Positions 1 to 8,610 of a stretch of 46,785 nucleotides of DNA are shown here, in pieces; within the stretch, counting starts at the first letter, position 1; each line of letters begins with the position of its first letter. Under the pieces are notes generated by a model. The model was not told the DNA's origin. It saw only the letters and a program-made list of their open reading frames with translations, and searched no databases. Source of the stretch: Synechococcales cyanobacterium RM1_1_8 (GTDB lineage Bacteria; Cyanobacteriota; Cyanobacteriia; PCC-9006; JAAUQQ01). The position numbers and the translations under genes were made by a program. The stretch lies in the NCBI GenBank assembly GCA_012032745.1, contig JAAUQQ010000001.1, forward strand, positions 1 to 46,785, written 5' to 3'.

Positions 1-90
1 CCGGGGAATTGGGCTTGGAACTGGCCGGGGAATTGGGCTTGGAACTGGCCGGGGAATGGAGCTTGAAACTGGCCGGGGAACTGGCCGGGC
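1..90. repeat. 24-bp tandem repeat (ccggggaattgggcttggaactgg), 3 copies plus partial copies, at the window edge
   Basis: Copies at 1-24 and 25-48 are identical. Copy 49-72 has 3 substitutions, and 73-90 is a truncated copy. On the minus strand one frame encodes PGQFQAQF-type repeats. The array may continue upstream of the window. Confidence 0.9.
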
Positions 91-1158
91 ATGGCTGCGG
101 TTACTCCCGGAATGGGACCGAATCCCGATGGCGGAAATCCTAGCTGAGGATAGGGCTGGATCTGGTAGGGCTGGGGATATTGGGGATGAGGGCTGGGCGG
201 CATAGGGTTGGGGATAGGTCTGGGGGGGGTAGGCCGGATAGGCAATGTAGTAAACCGGCTGGGGATAGCCCGCTGTGGGGAAGGGAGCATAGCCCGGTTG
301 GGGATAACCAGCTTGGGGATAACCAGCTTGGGGGTAAAACGGGACAGGGGCATAGACCGGCTGACCGTAGACCTGTTGGGGCATGAAGCCTGGCTGGGGG
401 TAGGCTTGGGCTAGGTTGATGCCGTTGCCGCCAGCCGACGGAAAGGGGCTGCTCGGGGGAGCGGGTAGCAGGCTAGGCGGCGGTGGGGAGAGAACTTGCA
501 GGGGGGCGGACTGGGCAGGTGTTGCCAAGGGCCCCGGTGCCAGGCGGTTGCGAATTTCTTCGCGGTTGGTGATGGGCGGAGCGGGATTTGGGGCCAGGCT
601 GAGGCGGGGAGAGGGCTGCCTGTTCTGGGAGGCGTGATTGGACTGTGGTGGGGCGGAGGCGGCTGGCCCCAGGGGCGGGCGAGCCACGGCGACATCTACA
701 GCAGAGCCTTCCGATGCCCAGGCCAATAACTTGGCGGGGGCAGGTAGTTCTGCTAGGCGGCTGGGGTTCGGCTGGGGTTCGGCTGGGTTAGCGCCGCTCA
801 ACTCGCCTGCTGGGGGACTGGATTTCTGGCCGATCTTAGGGTCAATTCGGGTCTGGAGATCCGCTGCCTGGGGATTCTCCGGTGTCTGAAGATCCTCCGG
901 TGCCTGGGAAACTGCTGCTGGGGCATCCACAGCCTGGGAGAGCTTTACAGAGTCGAGCGCCTGGGCTTCGGGCAGGACCGTAGCCAGCACGGCGATGGGC
1001 TGGGCGATCGCGAAGTGGGCAATCATCACCAGGGAAGCGGAGCTGGCACGGCGCAGGGGGGGCAGTCCCGTGGAAATTAACCTCTGGTTATGACGGATCA
1101 AGGCTCGCCTGAAGTCAGGCGTGAGCGTCGAAAGCAGACGGAGAAAATCACTAGCCAT
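1..1158 (-). CDS. Hypothetical low-complexity Pro/Gln/Tyr-rich protein with one N-terminal hydrophobic anchor (C-terminus runs off the window)
   Basis: My own reverse-strand translation from ATG (1158-1156) stays open to base 1. It is absent from the supplied track because it has no in-window stop. It begins MASDFLRLLSTLTPDFRRALIRHNQRLISTGLPPLRRASSASLVMIAHFAIAQPIAVLATVLPEAQA, followed by a P/A/Q/S-rich linker and YPQ(A/P)GYPQ-type repeats at about 200-400. No family recognised. Confidence 0.55.
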   Translation of the reverse strand, partial: MASDFLRLLSTLTPDFRRALIRHNQRLISTGLPPLRRASSASLVMIAHFAIAQPIAVLATVLPEAQALDSVKLSQAVDAPAAVSQAPEDLQTPENPQAADLQTRIDPKIGQKSSPPAGELSGANPAEPQPNPSRLAELPAPAKLLAWASEGSAVDVAVARPPLGPAASAPPQSNHASQNRQPSPRLSLAPNPAPPITNREEIRNRLAPGPLATPAQSAPLQVLSPPPPSLLPAPPSSPFPSAGGNGINLAQAYPQPGFMPQQVYGQPVYAPVPFYPQAGYPQAGYPQPGYAPFPTAGYPQPVYYIAYPAYPPQTYPQPYAAQPSSPISPALPDPALSSARISAIGIRSHSGSNRSHARPVPRPVSSSIPRPVPSPIPRPVPSPIPR

Positions 1159-1463
1159 GCCGATCACACCAGTTTAGTTAAGAATCTATGGTTGTTGCAG
1201 ACCTCTGACCCAGCAACCATTGCCGATCAATCGATTGTGTCAATCTAAAGTGCTGATGCCTGGCAGCCACAGATATGTCGCTAAGGGCCCGTGTCTAGGG
1301 GCCTATCACGGAAGGCATGTCACGGAAGGTGGATGTATTCTTGTAGACAGGCCGATACTTAGGCCAGTATCAAGGTTAGTAGATCGGTCCGGAATTGCCA
1401 ACCGATCAGAGAATATAACGTAGCGTGCCATACCCTGATTCGTCATGAAGGCCCCGATTCGTC

Positions 1464-2279
1464 ATGAAGGTAATGATGCTCCACTTTTTTCATTCCGCTG
1501 TCGCTGCGCTTGGCCCGGAGGATTCTGGCCATGGGGGTGCCCCAGTTGCTGCGCGCCTTAGCCGCCTGCGGCGGAGTTGGCCCTTGGGCCTCTGTTTGGG
1601 GGTTGCATTGGCTACGGCAGCCTGCGATCGCCCCTTAACCCAAGCTGAGTTTAATCAGCTCTCCTTGAGCGTGGAAGCGGGCGATCGCCCAGGGGTCTAT
1701 GAGCTTTCGGGGCAGACGAGCCTGCCGGAGGAGACGGAGCTGACGGTCCAGGCCCTGCGCCGCCTGACGCCCACGGGCCAGGCCTTGTCCGAGGATAGTC
1801 CCGATGAGCATTACACGATTTTGGATCGCGATCGCGTCAAGGTCGAAGATGGCCAGTGGCGCATTGCCTTACAGCTGTGGCAGCCCGATGGCCAGGGCGA
1901 GCCCGCTGAGTCCTGGCAGCTCAATTTGCCCCAGAGCGATCGCAGTTTTACCGCCGAGCCCCAGGTGCTGTTCAGTGTTTCCATGCCGCCCACCGGAGAT
2001 GAGCGGGCCTTAGAAGGCCAATGGGAAGAGAGTAAGCGGGATCCTACCGTGGGGCTCGTGAGCTTTACCCCCGATGGGGAATGGTACTTGGAAGCCCAGG
2101 AACAGTTGCCGATCGCACCGCCCGCGATCGCCGCAACCCAGCCCCAGGTGTTTGATGCCAAGGCGGGCTTGGCCAAAACCGATGCTGACATCCCCCCCGC
2201 TAAGGCGGTGGAAGGCCCCCTGGGCGAGGGGGGATCCACCACCTCTGCGCCGCTGAAGCCCACGGAACTGATGCGCTAG
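1464..2279 (+). CDS. Hypothetical exported protein, possible lipoprotein
   Basis: 271-aa ORF. After about 35 residues there is a signal-like segment RRSWPLGLCLGVALATAAC followed by DRP (a loose lipobox ending in Cys). The rest is acidic and soluble. No family recognised. The true start may be internal. Confidence 0.6.
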   Translation: MKVMMLHFFHSAVAALGPEDSGHGGAPVAARLSRLRRSWPLGLCLGVALATAACDRPLTQAEFNQLSLSVEAGDRPGVYELSGQTSLPEETELTVQALRRLTPTGQALSEDSPDEHYTILDRDRVKVEDGQWRIALQLWQPDGQGEPAESWQLNLPQSDRSFTAEPQVLFSVSMPPTGDERALEGQWEESKRDPTVGLVSFTPDGEWYLEAQEQLPIAPPAIAATQPQVFDAKAGLAKTDADIPPAKAVEGPLGEGGSTTSAPLKPTELMR

Positions 2280-3370
2280 CGCTGTTTGAACTCCAGCTTG
2301 ACCGGGGCTGCGGTTTGGCCATTGAGGACCGCCTCTAGGGTGACCTGATAGCGGGTGTCGCGCTTGAGAATGGTCGGTGCGGGCACCCGAACTTCAAACT
2401 TGCCCTGGGCATCGGCCTGGACTTCGCGGTTGACGAGGCGCTCGCTGCCCAGGCTAAAGACATTGCCGAGCAAGGGCGTGTCCGCCAGGACGGTGATGCG
2501 GACGCGGGCCTGGGGGCTGGTCTGGCCGGTCAGGGTGAAGCCCGATGTGGTGATGGGGCTGTCCTGGGTGGGGCTGGTGATTTGGGGGGCGATCGGACCG
2601 GAGGCGGGAACAGGGCTGGGGGTGGCTGGGCTAGCGGGATTACCGGCGGAACTATTGGCGGGATTCGGTGTTTGCCCGGCTGGAGAACCGGCTGGCGGAA
2701 TCTGGCTGGGGGTGCGGTTGGCATCGGGGGGGATGGCGATCGCCGAGCCCTGGAGCGTGGCAGGTCCATCCGCAATGCCATAGGTTGTCTGGCCGCCGCG
2801 CAGCAAACGGCCCACCACCACCCCTTCTCGCACATTGCTATTGCTGGCCACGGACAAGCTGGCCACATAGACCCCAGGGGAAACTTCCTGGGCCGCCAGG
2901 GTTCTCAAGGTTTGGCCATCCTGAATCAGATAAAAGCTGGCCTGGCCCCCCGGCGTGCCCTTGAGCGTCGCCAAAAAGGTGGCACCCTCGCTGAGCCGCC
3001 CCGTGGCATTGTGGGTGACCGATTCCACCAGGGCCAATGCCTGGGGGGAAACGCTAAAGCGCCAACCCACGCTGCGGCGATCGCCCTGGGTCGTTTCATA
3101 GTCCACCCGAATTTCATAATCTCCCTGGGCTAGGGCCTGCTCCGGGCGGTAGCTAAAAAAACTGCGCGTGATTGTACTGGCGGCGGTGATGTCGCGATTA
3201 TTGAGGTAGATGCGCAGGCTGGCGGGGTTGATTGTGCCCTGGCTATCGTTCTCAAAGACGCCGGAGATAGAGGTGCTGGGCAGGACGTTCTGAGCATTGA
3301 CGGCGGGGGTGACATCGACGATGCGCTCTGCATGGGCGGGGTGGCTGAGGGGGCCACCGATTAGGCCCAA
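2276..3370 (-). CDS. Secreted protein with bacterial Ig-like (Big_5/SbsA-like) beta-sandwich domains and a P/S/A-rich linker
   Basis: 364-aa ORF. The N-terminal region (VTPAVNAQNVLPSTSISGVFENDS...SLRIYLNNRDIT...GDYEIRVDY) fits the Big_5 pattern. There is a Pro/Ser/Ala linker at about residue 215-265 and a C-terminal Ig-like segment. The track start is a TTG inside what looks like a signal peptide (see finding). Confidence 0.6.
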   Translation of the reverse strand: MGLIGGPLSHPAHAERIVDVTPAVNAQNVLPSTSISGVFENDSQGTINPASLRIYLNNRDITAASTITRSFFSYRPEQALAQGDYEIRVDYETTQGDRRSVGWRFSVSPQALALVESVTHNATGRLSEGATFLATLKGTPGGQASFYLIQDGQTLRTLAAQEVSPGVYVASLSVASNSNVREGVVVGRLLRGGQTTYGIADGPATLQGSAIAIPPDANRTPSQIPPAGSPAGQTPNPANSSAGNPASPATPSPVPASGPIAPQITSPTQDSPITTSGFTLTGQTSPQARVRITVLADTPLLGNVFSLGSERLVNREVQADAQGKFEVRVPAPTILKRDTRYQVTLEAVLNGQTAAPVKLEFKQR

Positions 3371-4201
3371 GGCCAGCAGGTGCCGCTGAGGCTGCCGAGG
3401 GCCGTCTTGGCCAATGCAGTCTTGCTGAAGGTTGGTCTGGTCGGTCTGGTCAGTCGGGTCGGTCGGGTCGGAATGGGAGGGGCGATCGCCGGGCAGTGCA
3501 AGAAACCTAGGCAGGAAGGGAAATCACTGAAATTCATCATGGATACTTGATTATTGAATGGATGCTGGATGATTGCCTTGATTATCTCAATGGATACTTA
3601 CATTCATTGTTGAATTTCTTGATTGTTTAATTTCTTGATCCCGGATTGAGCCGTGAATCCCTTGGGAAAGTCAGAACAAGATCTGAATACGGTCCCTCCC
3701 AAGCCTTACGAGATCCGCGAGAACGGCCAGCAAAACAACGCGAAGACCGAAAGGCTATGGCTTTTCATCAAGATTTCCAAAAATGCTAGATTGCCCCAAA
3801 GATGCCTGCACAACAAAATGACTCAACTTAGGCAACAGCATGGGGCAATGGATGCCATCGGCGACAGTCACCGCCAAACTTAAACATCTGGAGCCGATTC
3901 CTGCGGCTTTTTTCCTTCTAGAGCCTTGATTCAGCCCTATCCATGCCTACAAATTCCGTAGTTTTTCCTAGCCTGTCGCCACCGCTCCTGGGCATCTTGA
4001 AAGTAGTGCATCAAACCAAAACTTGACCTGCGAGCTTTGGCAGCGCACCTCTTGAAAATCGAACTCGCCCCCAAAAAAGAGTCCCCTTGCGCCAGAGCCC
4101 CGGCCCTTGGCTTCAGGCCCAAGTTGCCGAGCAACGATGGGCTATTGTTCCCCTCAAAATCGTTCATCCTTTCAAACCCCTGCGACACGATCCTGCCACC
4201 T

Positions 4202-4381
4202 ATGGAAAGCTACAAACAGTTCACCACCACCTTCCCCCTCTGGCAGTACCTCAGCCAGCGTCTTTTTGACCAGGAACAAAAGCTGATGCTCAACCCGCGC
4301 GCATTTGCCAAGGACTATCGGGTTGCATTTCTGGAATATTGCCTCTCAATGGTGTCTGAAAGTTCCAACCCAGGTTATTAA
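4202..4381 (+). CDS. Candidate small protein (59 aa), hypothetical
   Basis: This is an internal ATG of track ORF 4037..4381: MESYKQFTTTFPLWQYLSQRLFDQEQKLMLNPRAFAKDYRVAFLEYCLSMVSESSNPGY. Its composition is protein-like, unlike the upstream part of the ORF. A plus-strand hairpin with a T-run follows at 4522-4562. No family recognised. Confidence 0.3.
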   Translation: MESYKQFTTTFPLWQYLSQRLFDQEQKLMLNPRAFAKDYRVAFLEYCLSMVSESSNPGY

Positions 4382-4521
4382 TTCCAGGCCAGGCTGTTAA
4401 TTCCAACCCAGGCCGCCCAGGGAGAAGGCTCCATCGCTGTGGTTCGATCGCCTGCATTGCCTTGAGCCACTTGGCCTAGGGCCGGTGGCCTGAACAGTTG
4501 GCTTGAACAGTTGGGAAATGT

Positions 4522-4562
4522 CAGGGGAGAGTTGCAGCAGCGCTGTGACGCTCCCCTGTTTT
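4522..4562 (+). terminator. Rho-independent-terminator-like hairpin
   Basis: An 8-bp GC-rich stem, caggggag (4522-4529) with ctcccctg (4551-4558), is followed directly by tttt (4559-4562). The T-run is on the plus strand only, so it would terminate a plus-strand transcript converging on moxR. Confidence 0.45.
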
Positions 4563-4662
4563 GCGAGGTGCTGCACCTTCGGCGGCTGGGGTGTTTCTCC
4601 ATAGCAAAGCTCTCCAAGCGCTAGTGCTTCAATTCTCGCCCTGTGCCAATCGCTTCCTGCCC

Positions 4663-5580
4663 CTAGCGGCTAGCGGGAATGGCCACCGTGTCGAGCAGCC
4701 GCTCCACCACCGTCCGGGCCGGGAGCCCCGCTGTTGGGATCATGCGGTGGGCCAAGACGTGGGGCGCAAGCTGCTTGATGTCATCGGGAATGGCAAAGTC
4801 TCGCCCTTGGATCAGCGCCAGGGCCTGGGCAGCTCGATGGAGAGCCACAGCCCCTCGGGGACTGACGCCGAGGGTGATGTCGGGGTGCTCGCGGGTGTCC
4901 CGCACGAGCTGGAGGAGATAGCGCTGGAGCGAGTCTTCTAGGCGCACCTGGCGGCTTTGCTGCTGGAGGCTTTGGACTTCCTCTAGGGAAATGCAGGGCT
5001 GGAGGTCTTCTGCCCTGACGGAGGAGCGCAGCCCCTGCAACATGCGCAGCTCTTCATCGGCGGAGGGATAGCCCAGGGAGAGAGACAGCATGAAGCGATC
5101 CATTTGGGCTTCGGGCAGGGGGAAGGTGCCTTGGTATTCCACGGGGTTTTGGGTGGCGAGCACGAAGAAGGGGCGGGGCAGGGGGCGCGATCGCCCATCC
5201 AAGGTCATCTGCTGCTCCTCCATCACCTCCAGCAGCGCCGACTGGGTGCGGGGGGTGGCCCGGTTGATTTCATCCGCCAGCAGCACATTGGCAAACACGG
5301 GGCCGGGCAAAAATTCAAACTCGCCGCTGTTAGGCATCCAAATATTGCTGCCAGTGATGTCGCTGGGCAATAGGTCGGGGGTGCATTGGATGCGCTGAAA
5401 CTTGCCCTCAATGGAGCTGGCCAGGGATTTTGCCAGCAGCGTCTTACCCACGCCGGGCACATCTTCGAGCAGGGCATGGCCCCCGCCGATCAAGGCGACC
5501 AGCACCAGCCGAATCGAATCCTCCTTGCCAATGATGGTTTGACTGAGGTTGGCGAACAAGCGATCAATTCCGGCTGGCAT
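4663..5580 (-). CDS. moxR: MoxR-family AAA+ ATPase (AAA_3)
   Basis: 305 aa. Walker A is EDVPGVGKTLLAKSLA, and Walker B/sensor is LLADEINRATPRTQSALLEVMEE. The C-terminal lid (SPRGAVALHRAAQALALIQGRDFAIPDDIK) is typical of MoxR. Confidence 0.9.
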   Translation of the reverse strand: MPAGIDRLFANLSQTIIGKEDSIRLVLVALIGGGHALLEDVPGVGKTLLAKSLASSIEGKFQRIQCTPDLLPSDITGSNIWMPNSGEFEFLPGPVFANVLLADEINRATPRTQSALLEVMEEQQMTLDGRSRPLPRPFFVLATQNPVEYQGTFPLPEAQMDRFMLSLSLGYPSADEELRMLQGLRSSVRAEDLQPCISLEEVQSLQQQSRQVRLEDSLQRYLLQLVRDTREHPDITLGVSPRGAVALHRAAQALALIQGRDFAIPDDIKQLAPHVLAHRMIPTAGLPARTVVERLLDTVAIPASR

Positions 5581-5792
5581 AGCAGTAGTGATAGGATTTA
5601 AGAATAGCTTTCTGGCTCCCCGGTTTGGGCCTGACTGAGTCTCTCGTCTTAAAACTCCAGTATTGAGATCAGGGCGGGCGAGCCCTGGCTGAGTTAGCCT
5701 ATCCCAGACTGCTCAATCAGGCGTAGGCTCCGCATGATAGCCTCAATTCTAATTGAAACTGTTCGCTATCTAGCCGAAAGCTTGCCTGGTCT

Positions 5793-7559
5793 ATGCAGCC
5801 CACCCACTCTTCCCAGCGCCGCACCAAAATCGTAGCCACCATCGGCCCGGCCACGAGCCGTCCCGAGGTTCTTAGATCCCTCATCGAAGCCGGTGCCACC
5901 ACGCTGCGGCTGAATTTTTCCCACGGAACCCACGACGACCACCAGCGCAGCATTCGGCTGATTCGGCAAATCTCCTTCGAGCTGAACCAGCCCGTGGCGA
6001 TTTTGCAGGATCTCCAAGGCCCCAAGATTCGCCTGGGCCGATTTGAGCATGAAAAAATTGTTCTCAGCCCCGGCGATCCCTACATCCTCACTAGCCAGAA
6101 CATTCCTGGCAACCAGGAGCGCAGCTATGTCTCCTATGACAACCTTGCCCAGGAGGTGCCCGAGGGAGCAACCATTCTCCTGGACGATGGCAAGGTGGAG
6201 ATGCGGGTGGAGCGCATCGATAAGCAGGCCCAAGAGCTGCATTGCGTGACTGTGGTTGGCGGGGTGCTTTCCAACAACAAGGGCGTCAATTTCCCTGGGG
6301 TCTGCCTCTCAATTCGCGCCTTGACCGACAAGGATCGGGAGGACTTGGTCTTTGGTCTGGACCAGGGGGTGGACTGGGTGGCCCTCAGCTTTGTGCGCAA
6401 TCCCGATGATGTGCGGGAAATCAAGGAGCTGATTGCCAGCGCCGGTAAGGAAGTGCCGGTGATTGTCAAGATTGAGAAGCATGAGGCGATCGCGCAAATC
6501 GAAGGCATTCTCGCCCTCTCCGATGGGGTGATGGTGGCGCGGGGCGATCTGGGCGTGGAGATGCCCGCCGAGGAAGTGCCCCTGTTGCAAAAGCGCCTGA
6601 TCTCCCTGGCCAACGGCTTCGGTCTGCCGGTGATCACGGCGACACAAATGCTTGACAGCATGGTCCATTGTCCCCGACCCACCCGCGCTGAAATTTCCGA
6701 TGTGGCCAATGCCATTTTGGATGGCACCGATGCGGTCATGCTCTCCAATGAGACTGCCGTGGGCGACTACCCGGTTGAAGCGGTGGCCACCATGGCCCGC
6801 GTGGCGGAGCGCATTGAGCAGGAGCATAAGATTCCAGCCACGCCCCAAAACCTGGGCAATGACGATGCAATCCCCAATGCCATCAGCCAAGCGGTGGGCC
6901 AAATTGCCCGCGAACTCAATGCCCAGGCGATTATGACCCTGACCCAATCTGGGGCCACGGCGCGCAATGTCTCGAAGTTCCGGCCAGAGGCTCCCATTTT
7001 TGCGGTGACGCCCCATGTGGATGTGTCTCGCCGTCTCCAACTGGTCTGGGGGGTGCGTCCGCTTCTGGTGCTGGACCTGCCTTCGACCAACCAGACGTTC
7101 CAGGCGGCGATCAGCGTGGCCCAGGAGAAGGGTCTGCTCAAGGGCGGCGACTTGGTGGTGACGACGGCGGGGACGTTGAAGGGGGTTTCGGGCTCCACGG
7201 ATTTGATTAAGGTGGAGTTGGTGAGTGCGGTCTTGGGTCAGGGGATTGGGGTGGGCCAGGGGCGGGTGACGGGCATTGCACGCATTAGCAATGGGCCGCG
7301 TAGCCTCAGCCATTTTCACCCCGGTGATATTTTGGTCGCTCGGGAAACGGATGTCAGCCTGATGGACTGTATTCACCATGCCAGTGGCATTGTGACGGAG
7401 AAGGAGAGTTTGACCAGTCATGCGGCTGTGATTGGTTTGCAGCTGGGGATTCCGGTGATTGTGGGGGTGGCTGGGGCGACGGCGGTGATTCGTGAGGGGT
7501 CGTTGTTGACGCTGGATGTGCCGAAGGGCTTGGTGCATTCGGGGGCGGTGGAGGTTTAG
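5793..7559 (+). CDS. pyk: Pyruvate kinase with C-terminal PEP-utilizer mobile domain
   Basis: 588 aa. Motifs: KIVATIGPA, LNFSHG, MVARGDLGVE, TQMLDSM. An extra domain of about 110 aa at the C-terminus (GDILVARETD...IVTEKESLTSHAAVIGLQLGIPVIVG) matches the PEP-utilizing swivel domain seen in Bacillus and cyanobacterial Pyk. Confidence 0.95.
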   Translation: MQPTHSSQRRTKIVATIGPATSRPEVLRSLIEAGATTLRLNFSHGTHDDHQRSIRLIRQISFELNQPVAILQDLQGPKIRLGRFEHEKIVLSPGDPYILTSQNIPGNQERSYVSYDNLAQEVPEGATILLDDGKVEMRVERIDKQAQELHCVTVVGGVLSNNKGVNFPGVCLSIRALTDKDREDLVFGLDQGVDWVALSFVRNPDDVREIKELIASAGKEVPVIVKIEKHEAIAQIEGILALSDGVMVARGDLGVEMPAEEVPLLQKRLISLANGFGLPVITATQMLDSMVHCPRPTRAEISDVANAILDGTDAVMLSNETAVGDYPVEAVATMARVAERIEQEHKIPATPQNLGNDDAIPNAISQAVGQIARELNAQAIMTLTQSGATARNVSKFRPEAPIFAVTPHVDVSRRLQLVWGVRPLLVLDLPSTNQTFQAAISVAQEKGLLKGGDLVVTTAGTLKGVSGSTDLIKVELVSAVLGQGIGVGQGRVTGIARISNGPRSLSHFHPGDILVARETDVSLMDCIHHASGIVTEKESLTSHAAVIGLQLGIPVIVGVAGATAVIREGSLLTLDVPKGLVHSGAVEV

Positions 7560-7577
7560 CATTTCTGCCTAGCCGGG

Positions 7578-8402
7578 CTAGCTGGACTGCTGCCGCTTTG
7601 AGCGGGGGGAGGAGGGCTGGGGGGACTTGGAGTCGGTTGAGCTGGGGCTCTGGATTGGAGCGGGTGGGGCCGCCGCTGGGACCGTGGTAGTCGCTGCCGC
7701 CGGTGGCGAGCAGGTGGTGCGATCGCACCCATCCAGCAACTGCCGAGTCTGCTTGGGCGAATGGCCGGGGTGGTAAACCTCCAGCCCCATCAGCCCCGCT
7801 GCCATCAGCTCGGGCAACAGTTCCGCCAGGGGAGCAGCCTTGAACAGGCCGGGGTGAGCCCAGACCGGCACAGCCCCCGCCGCCCGCAGCAGCCCAATGC
7901 CCTCGGTGGCGCTGAGGGCCGCGTAGGGCACAAAGGCGGGACCATCGTCCTTGAGCAGCTTTTGGAAGGCTTTTTCAACGCTGGGCATATAGCCCGCCGC
8001 CACGAGGGCCTGGGCCAGATGGGGACGGCCTGGGGCCGCGCCCTGGGGCAGCACCGGTAGCTCAATGGCGTAGCCCCTGGCCTGGAGCTTCTCGACCATG
8101 GCGGCGGCTCGCTGCCAGCGGCTCTGGAGGCGCTCTGCCAAGAGGGGAGACAGCCGCGCTGCCTCGGGATAGAAGCCCAGCAGGTGGAGCGATCGCCCCC
8201 GTTCCATGGTGCTCAGCTCTACCCCAGGCACAATCTCCAATCCGGTTCCCTGGGCGGCGGCTTCAGCCTCGGCCCAGCCGGCAATGCTGTCGTGGTCAGT
8301 GATGGCGAGGGCGCTGACCTGGGCGGCGATCGCCGCTGCCACCAGCTCGCCGGGGGTGAGGCTACCATCGGAGTAGGTCGTGTGGGCATGGAGTTCTAAC
8401 AT
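7578..8402 (-). pseudogene. PHP-domain metal-dependent phosphoesterase (TrpH/YciV-like), reading frame broken near 7719
   Basis: The N-terminus MLELHAHTTYSDGSL and the internal ITDHD and VWAHP motifs are classic PHP. The final conserved motif HHLLATGGSDYHG lies in a different frame (track ORF 7354..7728). The in-frame tail after about 7735 is a low-complexity P/S/T-rich sequence that looks out of frame. Confidence 0.75.
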
Positions 8403-8593
8403 GGTGGCGTTCTCGCTGGAGCGGCTAGCCTGGCATCGCAGTCACCACTGCCGCCGACTGTACCCTTGGATACTAATCTTTCTCCAGGGGCACAAGCCTT
8501 GTTAGGATTTGAAGTTTGTCAGTGAATAGGCCTAGGTTAAGCCAAACCACTGAACGAAGCCCAAACAAAACCACGTTTTAGATTCGACTTGCG

Positions 8594-8599
8594 AAGGAG
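8594..8599 (+). promoter_or_regulatory. Shine-Dalgarno (aaggag) for ilvC
   Basis: aaggag lies 11 nt upstream of the ATG at 8611. Confidence 0.5.
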
Positions 8600-8610
8600 A
8601 AGCGCCCACC

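Noticed and set aside
2276-2279. Convergent genes sharing overlapping stop codons (CTAG read as TAG on both strands).
   Set aside because: It is real in the sequence but a trivial consequence of a palindromic tetranucleotide. No functional implication can be supported.
3653-3883. A 76-aa hydrophilic ORF with a GTG start in the gene-poor region, considered as a confident CDS.
   Set aside because: It has no SD sequence and no recognisable family, and its composition is only marginally protein-like. It is kept only as part of the finding on the gene-poor region.
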